The notes beneath the pieces are model-generated. The model did no database searches. It worked only from the letters and a program-made list of their open reading frames with translations, and was not told the DNA's origin. A program made the position numbers and the translations under genes. A stretch of DNA of 64,000 bases from Yuukianura sp. NJ FZ-2021 (Eukaryota). The stretch is taken from positions 13,144,001-13,208,000 of the forward strand of contig CM102290.1 in assembly GCA_046563655.1 (NCBI GenBank), read 5' to 3'. Every line of letters starts with the position of its first letter. The stretch's first letter is position 1. Positions 37,479 to 49,500 of the stretch are shown here, one piece after another.

Positions 37479-37941
37479 TACAGTAAAACCTCTCATTTTG
37501 CAACACTTTTTTCTTGTTCACTAAATTCTCAAAACCCTAAAACTAAATTTTTTAAGGAATTTCCGCGTTTAGATAAACTTAACTTGCCAAAAATTTGGTT
37601 TCAGGTCATTAGCCCGAAAACAATAAGCGCGAATTGCACAAGTTGGCAACACTGGACTTGTATTACCAGTGGAACCTGGCACACCTTTTTAGAAAAACCT
37701 CATATACGCCTCACTAAGGTTCAGTTCCACTGTTGCCAAGTTGGTGAATTCGCGCTTATTGTTTTCGCGCTAATCAGGCTAAGTTCCACTGTTGCCAATT
37801 TGCTGAATTTGCGCTTATTGTTTTCGCGCTAATGACCTGCTACGAAAAATTCGAGTTTATCCTATGTGTACTGAAATTAGAAACTTTACGCTAACTTATC
37901 CAAAACTTTTTCCTTGTTGCATAATGAGAGGTTTTACTGTA
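37479..37941. mobile_element. pogo/Tigger-like MITE with nested long-TIR element (37602-37839)
   Basis: TACAGTAAAACCTCTCATT ... AATGAGAGGTTTTACTGTA. Inner CAGGTCATTAGC...GCTAATGACCTG with ~50-bp inverted ends. Confidence 0.8.
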
Positions 37942-39884
37942 AAATGTATTATTATGGGATTCCTTTTTATTCCAAATCTTTTCATAGATGGGAGGGCACG
38001 GAGGTTACTCTTTCAAGTTCTACACTTTCTAGCACTTTTTTTTCAAAAAGAGAGAAAAGTTGTGAAAGTAGGAAGTTGGAGGGGCGTTGAGCCAGGTTTT
38101 AAGTCCGTAGCGTGTCCTTCCTTTGGCTATGGAACTCTGTCAAAAGAAGTCTATCCTCTTTAGTACAAAAAAAAGAAGAAGAAAATCCAAAGTTGGCTTT
38201 CCTTTCTTGTGCCACTTGGCGAAAGTTCTTGTGGTGGCCCCACCATGGTGGGGTGAAAAAAAGAGCAAGAGAACTCAATGACCTTAGCCTTTTCCGTCCA
38301 AAGTAGAAGAAAACGAAGTCGAACTTTACAATATAAAATCTCATCTTTTGAATTTTATTCTTCTCAAATTGGACTCTAGAAACGGCCGTTTTTTGGGGAA
38401 AGAAGCAGAAGGAGAGAAAGTGAGAGAAGTTTTTGGGATGAGCTATGGTTTGTGGTTATTTTCCCTCTGAAAAACTTTTTTTGAAAAAAAGTTAGTTTTT
38501 TTCGTTTTTGGTTTTCCTATAATGTTGCCTTTCCACTGCTGCTGGTTGATTGAGAAAAGCAGAGCGAGGAGGAGATTATGCCTTTCCTTTTCTCCTATTG
38601 TTTGTTCTCGAGTGAAAGCACAGGAGAAATCAATGATCCAATTTATTAGAAGGGCTGGATAGAATGTTGAATGGAGAATGTAGAAATTCTAAGAAATTTT
38701 GAAAATTTTGAAAGTCTCTTTTCATAATAATCATTAATATTAAAGTTGTCGACGACGTTCGAAACCAATTTGTGTGGTGATCTTTGAAGTTCATTGTGTG
38801 GGATGTTGTGGATGAGAGTCTTGTGTGTTCAGCGGCTACAAAGTCTACAAGAAGCGTCGAGTGTCCTTTTCGCTGTGTCTTTTGTTACACTGAAAAGGCG
38901 CTGATTCAGCGTTTGCTGGTGAGGACACTGACTGCCAACCTACCACTCCCTTGTCACTTTTTGTCTGGAGCAAAGATTAGATTTGAGAGGGGATTGTTGT
39001 TGGCAGGAGTTATTAGGAGAGATTGAACGTAAGGCAGCTCTGATTTTGACCCCCCCCCTCTCGCCAACCCCCCCCCCCTACCGCAACTACCATGGAAAGA
39101 CTACGTTGTGATGATGTGGGATGTTGTCATTGTCATTAGTGGTGGCGGAGGACAATGTGTCCAAATGACACATTTGATGTAAGTACTACGGAAAGACGTA
39201 GAGGAAGTCATTTCCTGTTGGCTTTTCATCAATATCATCGTCTTGGAGTTCTGGACGCGATGCTGGGCATTGGTCCATGGGAAATATTAGAGGGGGGGTT
39301 CGGAATATGGGGGGGGGGGTTGGAATGGACTCGGATTTCGATACTTTTGTATCACCCACGACGACGAAGACAGCCTTAACCAGTTTTGTGGTCATGAATC
39401 CCGTCATTAATGGTTCTCGGGGTGTTCTTCGATGCTGTTCTATACTATATGTAGGTCCGGGTGGTTTGGTGAAGGGCCTGTCTCTATAGTAAGTAATCTG
39501 AGATTGTGGAAGACGGGAGAACAAGAGACTCCCTTCCTTTATCTTGATCATCTCCAAAAGCGTTCATACTTCTACTGTAAAGTACCCGGTTGGTGGCCTT
39601 TGAAAACCATTTCTGTACAGAAACGGCTCAAGGACACTCGATCCCTTGGCTGCTGAAAATGTTGTAAAGGTATCCCTGCATATTGTATGTGCAGCTATAT
39701 AGAACTTAATTTTGAATGAACATTTTGTGTAGGGTGTAAGGAAAAGGTGGGGCCCTTGGTTGAAGGGTGGGGGTAGCCCTAAGGAAGCCACTTCCTGTGT
39801 GATGTGGTGGGGCTAAAAGCCTCTTTTTCCTGTACATATGGCCATGTCAGTTCGAGTTGAAAAATCATCACATGACTTTGTTAG

Positions 39885-40187
39885 CAGGCTTGTCAAAACT
39901 ATTTAGCCTCAATGTCTATGTCAATTAAAAAGTATTTTCAGCTTTTTCCTTAATAACTACTTATTTAATAAGTATTTAAGTAGCCAAAGCTACTTTATGA
40001 TTTGCATCTTTCGCTACTTCCGTACACCGGTTTACAACCGTTTGTGTTGGTTGTGCCTTTAATGTTAATTAAATAATGAGAATTTTCAAAAAATAATTAA
40101 AAATTGAATTTTTGGGGAATTAATAACTAAAAACATGTTTTTTTTTAAAGTTTAGATGATTTCTGGGGAATATTTATGACAAGCCTG
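39885..40187. mobile_element. AT-rich MITE (CAGGC family)
   Basis: CAGGCTTGTCA ... TGACAAGCCTG; flanks TTTGTTAG/ATTATTAG. Confidence 0.75.
39978..40048 (+). mobile_element. Minimal (~70 bp) DINE-1/Helentron-like element
   Basis: AAGTAGCCAAAG-CTACTTTATG...CTTTCGCTACTT followed by hairpin CGGTT-TAC-AACCG. Nested within the MITE at 39885-40187. Confidence 0.6.
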
Positions 40188-40840
40188 ATTATTAGTCTAT
40201 GAACTTTTACTGTTAAGCTGTCTGTGTTATTTCTCAATTCATTTACAGCCTGGAAGCAGTTCATATTTGTAAGAAAAATTAAGATGATTGATTTATGTGT
40301 TGGTTTAATGGGAGGTATGTGAGGCGGAAGACAATGGGAATGAGATGAAAGTGGGGACATAAGTTTAGCTAAAAACTTTTAGCTGTTGAAGACACGTCTA
40401 CTAAAATCTCTGAACTTCTCCAGATTTCCAACGTGCATTTTGACACTTGAAAAATTATTTTTTCTTTTAGTCAGAGTTTTAAGGAATAGCAGGAGGAGAG
40501 AGAGAGAGAGCAAAAGCCATATTTTCTTAGCAATTTGATTAAGCTAAGAAGGAGGAAAACGCAGAGAAAGAGACATGAATTAGTATGCAGTGAGGAGAAA
40601 GTCAAAGTTTTCCCCTCTGCCACCACCACTGACATGCTGGCAGTATAGTGAGAGATGCTGGCAGTATAGTGGCAGATACTGGAACAAGTTCTTTAGTACT
40701 GGCAGTAGTAGAGACATCATCAAAGGAAAAGGACGAGTGACAAAGTCAGTGTTTGAAGTCTCTCTTCTTTTTTTCGTTTTTGCAGAGATATATAGGTCGC
40801 CATGCTCAAACTTTGACTTATGCTTCATGGTTGGGAAGTT

Positions 40841-40888
40841 GGAAGTATGTACTGGAAGTATCTACTGGAAGTATGTACTGGAAGTACA
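40841..40888. repeat. Short tandem repeat, 13-bp unit GGAAGTATGTACT, ~3.5 copies
   Basis: Directly visible. A 21-bp ATGCTGGCAGTATAGTG repeat also lies at ~40633-40710. Confidence 0.8.
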
Positions 40889-41820
40889 TAAGAACCAATG
40901 ATCCGACAGTAGCCTCCTTGTGTGACCAATCTTCAAAAACGAAGTTTTTGATTCCATTGCTATCCTCTCTTTTTTCATCTTGTGTTACTTTGAGAAAGTC
41001 CATTTTAAAAGAAAGTTAGTGAGAGTCTATTGGGAAAAATAGAAGAAAGGAGTGGACTTGAATAAAGATGAAAAAGTTATTAAGGAGGCGCTCTCCTTTC
41101 GTTTGACATTAAAGATTTAAGACAAAGAAAGCTACAAATTTCTGGACTCTGCTTTCTCTCTCAAAGATTGACTTTTGAGCTTTTTAAACTTTTTGGAAGG
41201 AATTTGTTGTTACATTCATTTGTTGGTCACGCTTCATGTTGAGTAGTAGCGTAGCCAATAAAACCAAATTACACACAAGTATGTTGTAGGATGATCGCTG
41301 GAAGTGATCGGATCTGTATTTGGAAAACGTTCAACGCATGTTATGGAACAAGCTCTTAAAATGGAGCTAAGCGGTGCTTATTTATCGAAATTGACAGTTT
41401 TTTTTCCACCCGTCTTAGGAAAATGGAGAGCGTGAAATTTTTTTAAAAACAGTTTAATAAGTTTTTTTTAAATCAAGTTATTGAATATGTATGAAATTAT
41501 GGAACAGTGATAAATTCATCTGGTATGATCAGCATATCCTACGTGGGATTTAGATTCAATTTTAACGCTGTCATGTCAAGACTATTAAAACCGTGTAACA
41601 GGAAACCCGCCACTTCCCTAAGCCCGCCATTTACGAACCATATCAAAATTCCGTAGAGTTGCTCCAACATAAGCTAGAAAAGGTTCGTAATTGAAGTGAC
41701 GTCATAGATTTCAAATCGTCCAATCACGGGAACCGTTACAAAGCGGGTGGCAGAGGGTAGACGGCGGGACTTCTCAAATGCTATCTATAATTTCTACAGT
41801 TAAGCTATAATTTCTTTATT

Positions 41821-43630
41821 AAGTAGCGAAAGTATGAGCTACTTTATGTTTTTGCCCGAGTCTGTCTGTCTGTCCGTCTGTCCGTCTGTCCGTCTGTCCG
41901 TCTGTCCGTCTGTCTGCTGGTCAAGCTAGCTCTGGAACCGCTGGACCGATTTTCAATCTGTCTTCACAGATGAACTTGACATGGTCTGGGGGTGAACAAT
42001 CGGTGACCCGTTTGACCGGAAGTAGACCCCTTAAGGGTCAAAGGTCAAGGTCAAATACATTTTTGACAGAACTTGAGAAAATGACCCCTACAAAAATTGT
42101 TCACCTCATCGAACTGAACAACTTTTGTATAGGTGACCTTGACCTTTGACCTGGGGTTCTGGAGATATAGACCTTAGAAGTTGCATAATGGGGTCCTTCG
42201 TGCTATTCGCGTCTATAACTCCAGAACCACTGGAGCGATTTTCAATCTGTCTTCACATTTCTACTTCACGTATTCCAGGGGTGTCTAATCAGTATCCAGC
42301 TTGACCGGATGTTGTCCAGGTCCGGGTCAAAGGTCAAGGTCAAATACAATTTTGAAAGAAATCGGGAAAATGACCTATACAAAAGTTGTTCATCTCATCG
42401 AGTCGAACAACTTTTGTACAGGTGACCTTGACCTTTGACCTAGGGTTCTGGAGATATAGACCTTAGAAGTTGCATAATGGGGTCCTTCGTGCTATTCGCG
42501 TCTATAACTCCAGAACCACTGGAGCGATTTTCAATCTGTCTTCACATTTCTACTTCACGTATTCCAGGGGTGTCTAATCAGTATCCAGCTTGACCGGATG
42601 TTGTCCAGGTCCGGGTCAAAGGTCAAGGTCAAATACAATTTTGAAAGAAATCGGGAAAATGACCTATACAAAAGTTGTTCATCTCATCGAGTCGAACAAC
42701 TTTTGTACAGGTGACCTTGACCTTTGACCTAGGGTTCTGGAGATATAGACCTTAGAAGTTGCATAATGGGGTCCTTCGTGCTATTCGCGTCTATAACTCC
42801 AGAACCACTGGAGCGATTTTCAATCTGTCTTCACATTTCTACTTCACATATTCCAGGGGTGTCTAATCAGTATCCAGCTTGACCGGATGTTGTCCAGGTC
42901 CGGGTCAAAGGTCAAGGTCAAATACAATTTTGAAAGAAATCGGGAAAATGACCTATACAAAAGTTGTTCATCTCATCGAGGCGAACAACTTTTGTACAGG
43001 TGACCTTGACCTTTGACCTAGGGTTCTGGAGATATAGACCTTGGAAGTTGCATAATGGCGTCGCCCATGCTATTCGCGTCTATAACTCCAGAACCACTGG
43101 ACCGATTTTCAATCTGTTTCCACATTTGCGTTTCACATATTCCAGGGGTGTCTAATCAGTGTCCAGCTTGACCGGAAGTTGTCCATGTCCAGGTCAAAGG
43201 TCAAGGTCAAATACTTTATTTACGGAAATCGAAAAAATAACTTCTACAAAAGTTGTTGATCTCAATGGGCTGAAAAACTTTTGTAAAGGTGACCTTGACC
43301 TTTGATCTACGGTTACAGAGATACAGACGATAGAATTTGCAAAATTGCGTCCCTCGTCCTGCTCGGGGAAGCATGACCTACTTTATGTTTTTCCCCGAGT
43401 CTGGCTGTCTGTCTGTCTGTCCGTCTGCTTGTCTGTCCGTCTGCCTGTCTACACTATAACTATACCTCCGAAACCCCTGGACCGATTTGCAATCTGTCTT
43501 CGTAAATCGGTTTGTCATTGCCTGGGGGTGATTAATACGGCTCCGATTTGACCGGAAGTGCACAATTTCCGGATTGTGTGCTCTAGCTTCCTTTCGCTAC
43601 TTAAGTACGGCGTTTACTACGGTTTATTTT
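41821..43630 (+). mobile_element. DINE-1/Helentron-like non-autonomous element with internal 289-bp tandem array
   Basis: Subterminal inverted repeats AAGTAGCGAAAG (41821) and CTTTCGCTACTT (43591-43602), a short inverted AGCTAC next to the 5' subTIR, a (GTCT/GTCC)n microsatellite at 41860-41915, T-rich flanks and no TSD. This matches the known DINE-1/HINE layout. Confidence 0.7.
41935..43330. repeat. Tandem repeat, 289-bp unit, ~4.8 copies
   Basis: GGTCAAAGGTCAAGGTCAAATAC recurs at 42036, 42325, 42614, 42903 and 43192 (spacing exactly 289). Central units are nearly identical. Confidence 0.97.
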
Positions 43631-46594
43631 CTAAAATTTTTACGCCTATAATTTCTATAATTTTGTATACTTTCTATAATTTTTACGCCAATAATTTCTA
43701 TAATTTCTATACTTTTTATAATTCGTTTATAACGCAAACTCCCCATTGACGCTGTTCATACTGTACAAACCTTAGAACTTTTTTGATTTGATTTAGCGAG
43801 ATATTGGTTTGGGGACGTTTATGAGTGGAGGTGGTGGACTCATGTGTTGCAAAGCATTTTACAAAATGTTAGACGTTTTGGTGGATTATGGATAATAGCC
43901 CAAGGGTCTGGAGAAGTGATCCTAGGAAGATGAAATTGTTAAGGGAGCAGGAGACATGTTACTTTTTGTGTTCCTGCTCCTCCTGGTATGTTGGGCTGAC
44001 TCTGGGAGCACTTTGGGAAATCGTTTTTTTAAGGAATGTGGCTGGAGTTGTTCTGGATGGCTGGCAAAATTTAGGAAGAGTCTTTTGAAACGGAGGTTTA
44101 TTTTGTGTTGTTATGAAAGAATCTCTGGGACTTTGAGAAGCAAGAGTCCGCCTTGGGCACAACGCTTGTACTGTATTATTTTTACTGTGAAAGATTCCAT
44201 CCTCATGGTCTTCTTCGTTTCTTAATGTTCCATGGACAGGCCGAGACTAAAGTAATTCATCCTGCCCGGGAAACGTCTTCCGTCTGGTGGTAACTCAGTT
44301 AAAACTAAAAAAAAACTCGGGAAAAACTAAGTTAAATTCCACCGTCCTCCTTCGTCAGTGTTGAATTTCAGTGAAGAGAAAGAAAAGGGAGGGTTTGAAC
44401 TCAAAGTTCCCAGTTTCGGTCACTTTTTGAAATTTCGGTTTAAAATCTCTGAAAAGTTTGGAATTTTTTGAAATACTGTCCGAAAAGTCTAAAGCTAAAT
44501 TTCAGTCTTTTGTCTAGGCATAGTCTGAATCTTTTTGAAATTTCGATCTGAAAATTCAGAAACGACCGAAATGACCCTCAAAAATTCATATACAGTATGC
44601 ACGTCATAGCCACGCCTCCGATATTTTTAAATTTTCCGCTCCTACTGGTAATCTGAAAATAAGTTTCACATATTTTTGGTGGTCCGAAATTTCCCAACTT
44701 CATTTTCGGACTAACGACCGAAATGTCCGAAGTCTGAAACTGGGAACGGCACTCGTTTTAATGCACAACTTAAAGGCTTCTCCTTTCCTTTTCTCCAGTT
44801 TCCCTTGTGTTCTGGCGGGTAGTGAAATTTTATCTGTGTGAAAAATGTGTTGAAAAGTTTGTTGTTGGGGTTGAATGGATTTTGTTTGATGGTTTTTGGT
44901 TAAGTTTTTGGAAAATGTTGGCATGAGTGTTGTCGACTCTGTGAGCCTTTCACGGCTAAAAGTTAGAGGCGCAGAAGATTGACATGACATTGCGGAATTT
45001 TCGGTCTCTCGATTCCAAGTTCTTTTGGTATTTAGTGATCTCATCTCATGAAACACGGTCCAATGAGTAATTCATCTGATGTGAAACTCCAGGAAACTGC
45101 TCCAGCATCCAGCATCAGCCGAGGACTAAAACAAATAATTACAGGACTTGTGCTGCTACAACCCCGTTTTAAGCTCTGTGATGCGGTGGAGATACAAAGT
45201 CGTGGTGCGGTGGCGTGGTTTTGAGCAGTAGTAGTCAAAATGCCTTAAATGGCGACACGGTCACAGATCCTGTCATGTCTGGCTCTTATTTCCGTTTTCC
45301 CTGAATCTCCCACAGGTTTTAATTATACACAGGACGGAATTTGAGATTCCTTGGAGCGATTGCACAAGATCTGCCTGGATTAGGCAACGTGTTGGTTCGG
45401 AAGCGTAAATATAATGACAGGAGACGGAACAGTGAACCGTGACCAACATGACCAATTCTGCAAAGAAACTACGCCAAAACCTCACACCACAACTGCCGCA
45501 CTGCCTAAGCTCCGCCCCCCACCTATTATAAAACATGAGTGAGGGCTGTAAATGTTAGTACAAGCAGCATCGAAAGATTTGCATTCTGCTCTTGAACGTT
45601 TTACCATGGGAAGTTACTGGGGTTTGGATAAATGCTGGGCCAGTATATACAATGCTGGGCCAGCATCAGAATGCTCCTCTGAGAAAAGTAAATAATAGGA
45701 TCCTCACGATTCTTTCTTTTGTGGTTTTACGGTAGGCTTTCTTTACGTTAGTCGAATGTGAATTCCCATTGTCTCTTTGCTTCTCCGAGACAAACATTAT
45801 TATGGTTGAGAGACTTGTCTCGAATGTAATTTACAATTTTGGGCGTAGTTGGAACAATTCGGAGCGTAGTTGTATTTATAAGTGCGTTCATTACGTAATC
45901 ATTGGAAAGGAAATGTGCAAATTTCCGCTTTTCATTATGTTTTTCCAATTGCATTTGTGGGTTACAAAGTTTAATTATAAGACGGAAATTGAAAAATGGA
46001 CAATGTGGACAGCATCTAATGATTTTCGTGATGTGGACTGGAGTTTAGTAGCACTTTGAGTGCGTCATTGCGACTAACAGTTTTTCTTTTAGTAAATTCT
46101 GTGAGTAATACAGTAGATCCTCTGAAATTGCAACTCTCACTGTGATTGGTTAGCTTGATTATGGCAGTTGCAGTGAATTTTCTAATTACATGACATCAAA
46201 AGTATTGGACTAGCGAAATCGTCAATGGTTGACGGTGGTGCTGGATATCCACTTTTTTGACGTTTAGTCCAGTGTATAATATATTTCGTCTGGTTTTATC
46301 CGGAAGAAATGGGTGGATAAAATGGACAAAATTGGATATTGCTGGTGTTGGCAGAAATATTTTATCCGTCCGACAACAGTGAGAGTTGATTTGTTTAAAG
46401 TTTAGCTTCACCCAAATTACTTGAGAAAAAGAGAGAAAGAAAAAGAGTTGGAATTTGAGAGAGTGTACTGTAGTTGGAAAAGTTTAAAAGTTTAGGAATT
46501 ACTTTACAAAAGCTGTGACCATTTCGTAAATAAAGTGTAAATTGTAGTTCTTTTGTGGTTTTTCAGATTGGTAATCTGGCGTAATAGGAGGGGA

Positions 46595-49500
46595 ATGGAG
46601 TGGCCGTTCAAGTACCATTCCAAAGGACGGCCAGTAAAAAGACTTGTGCTGGGCCACGTCGTCCGGAACGTTGTTCTGAGTAGTGTTGTTCTCCTTCTGC
46701 CTGGACTTTTGCTGGAGGTCCACGGTGACTCGAGTCCGCCAGTAGCGGATGTCGAAGATCTCTTCAAAGGTAAGTGTGGCGACAGCCTCCAACTTTCTCC
46801 AACACTTCTGTAGTACTATAGCGCCTTTTCACATCTTCAAGTGTCTCTAATGGACCCAAATGATAGGCAAAGGCGAGGAGCGCTCTAAAATTATTTTGGT
46901 TCTGTTTATGCGCCTTCAGGGAAAGACTCTTACCGTAAACCTTCTAATACAAGTCTGGGCTTATATTTGCCTTTGACTTCTTATTCAGACCGGGCTTTTA
47001 TCAAAGGACCAATTTCAAGTTTTTATACTTTTATTTCCGAGCAGGAAAATCACAAAATTGTCCCAGTTTTCTAACCGTTAGCATAAATATTATCAATTTT
47101 GCAAAGTTAAATAACAAATTTTAATAATTAGAATGTTATAATAATATAATTATAGTAAATACTATAATTAATTATTATAACTAATTATTATAATCATAAT
47201 ATTATAATTATAATAATTATAGCATTATAATTATATAGTATTGTATATATTGTATATATTGTACCCAAAAACTTGAGAGGTGCGATTTTTCTCTTTTTCT
47301 CTTACCCGACCAAAGTGCTTTGAGTGGAGGAAAAGTTGAGAGAAAACGAGCAAAGTGCCCCTCTAAAGTTGAAACAATAAACCCCCAACTGGGTATTTAT
47401 ATTTTTCCAGTCGAAACCCGGCATGTATTGGAAGTTTTACGGTATCCTATTTTCTTTTTCCTCGTAGTAAAGAGGAAGACTCTTCTGGAAAGTGCCAAAT
47501 TTGATTTCCCTTCAAGTGTTTTATTCCTTTCCGCTCTCTTGCTCTAATTTAGCTTTCTCATGTTCTCGAGACCTCGACTTTTTGGCCCTGTTCTATTAAG
47601 ATGCAGTTCCAGGGTTTCTTATAGAGCTTCTCCAAAATGGAAATGGTCCGACACAGGAGAATTATTCTGAGATATGGAGATTAGAAATGATGTGAACTAA
47701 GGCGAGAAATGAAGGGTTTGGTTGCCAGAAACTTTTTTTGTTGAAATAATTGCGAACCTGGAGCATGTTTTTTTAGAAGATGGAGGAAAAAGGGCAGTGA
47801 AGCTGGTGAGGTCTTTGTATAATGAGGAAGGAGAAGACAAGGAGAAAATTAAGAGAAGATTCTCCATTGTTTTCCCAGTTTCCGCTCTTTTTTTCATCTC
47901 TGGACTTTTCTCCCGAGATCTCTGAGAGATCCGCAACCTCTTTTCCGTTGGATGTTGACTGTGGATGGTTTGAAATCAAGTCATCAGGCCAGAACGGCTC
48001 AACCTGCCTTTGGAGAGCCCTTTAGTGTCAGAGAAGATGGGACTCTGGGGATGAGGGGTCAGAGTTCTTTTCTTTGTGAAAAAACTTTAGCTATGACCTC
48101 ATCCTACTACGGTTCTAAAATGTTGGACGATTCACAATTGACTTTATACTGTGAGCATGGAAGGAAAAAAAAAGTATGGGTTTTGGTCGATACGTGACAG
48201 CTCTATCACTGGGAGTCCCCTTCTGGATTACATTTCTTTTGAATCATGGCTCAATTATAGGACCTTAAGTGGCGGATTAAATGTGTATTTATATTTATGT
48301 CTTCTTTTTTGAAATAGGAAAATGTAATTGAAGTGGGACTTATTTGATTTTGAAAACAAGGCCCTTTGTAATGCAAAGGCAGTCAGTTCGGAGTCAATAC
48401 TGTCCTGGGATTGGGTAAACTGAGGCTTAAGGGACCACGACGAATGTTGGGGTGACGAGAAAATAAGTTTCTGAATTGAACTTTTTCAAAAACCATTGTT
48501 CTGAATTCAGTGCTTGACGCTTCGGAACATTTCCCTTGCTCAACTGTAGTACATCTTGCTTTGAAATTACATTTCCTGCTGTAGGGTATTTTGTACAATG
48601 TGGACCCTTCAGGAAGAGATGACAATGGAACTGGTCGTGGGGTGGGCATTAATAAGTTGTGTAAGCTACTTTATGCATTTAACGTGTCTGTCTGTCTGTC
48701 TATCTGTCCGGGCGTCAGTTATCTCGCAAAATGCTCAACATTTCCGGGATCCGTTGAACTCGTAGTTATTCCGTGATATTCACTATGGAAATTTCATCTC
48801 GGCGGGTCAACCATTCCCGTATGCCAGGTCAAAGGTCAGCCGGGTTCATCCCCGGTAACCCGGAAAATGAAAAATGACGTACACAATGTTCGCCTCATGG
48901 ATATGAACAATTTTTTTGTGATGTTGTGTGACCTCCTTCGGGGTCAAAGGTCAACTTCCTTTGGGAAACCGTACAATGCGTTTCATCTTTCGCTACTTCT
49001 GTACATCTTTTTTTACAACTGGTTTATTGGTCATGCACCCCATGTCGTGGTTTGAGCTGTAAGTCCTTGTGTGGTTTATTGCAGCGCCAGGAGACGGTCC
49101 AAGGTCTGTTAGGGGCGGTCGTGACTGTTTGATTTCCTTTTGTATTATTTCCTCTGCTCAGGTAGGTGTTTGTCTAGCATCAAGTTTACTTCATACGCGT
49201 CACTTCGTTTCTGTCCTGGGTAAAATGCCCGCGTGACAGAGGCAGGGACAAGACTGTTTAGGAAAAAGTTGTTTGGATGGACCGTCTGTTGCCAATAAGT
49301 AAACAGTGTTGTTCACACAGGGTCTTGGGTTGCCTCTAGTACAGTGTCGTATTTCTTCCGTTGAAGTCTTCGTTCTTTAGAAATGTAGGCGTGGTTTATG
49401 TGCTCTGAACTCTCTAGATTCAACTGACAAAAAAGTCATGACATATCTTTCAGTTCTGACGGGAGTAATTGAACTGGGGATGACAAACGCTTCAAACTCC

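Noticed and set aside
39047..39325. Poly-C/poly-G tracts (also 50115-50150) as G-quadruplex elements
   Set aside because: Simple homopolymer runs with no supporting context; could be low-complexity or sequencing-length noise.
41935..43330. 289-bp array as a CRISPR array or coding repeat
   Set aside because: Units are near-identical end to end, 289 is not a multiple of three, and no long ORF spans them.
45048..45224. 58-codon ATG-initiated ORF as an exon of the membrane protein gene
   Set aside because: It ends in a stop with no suitable donor site and has no recognisable features.
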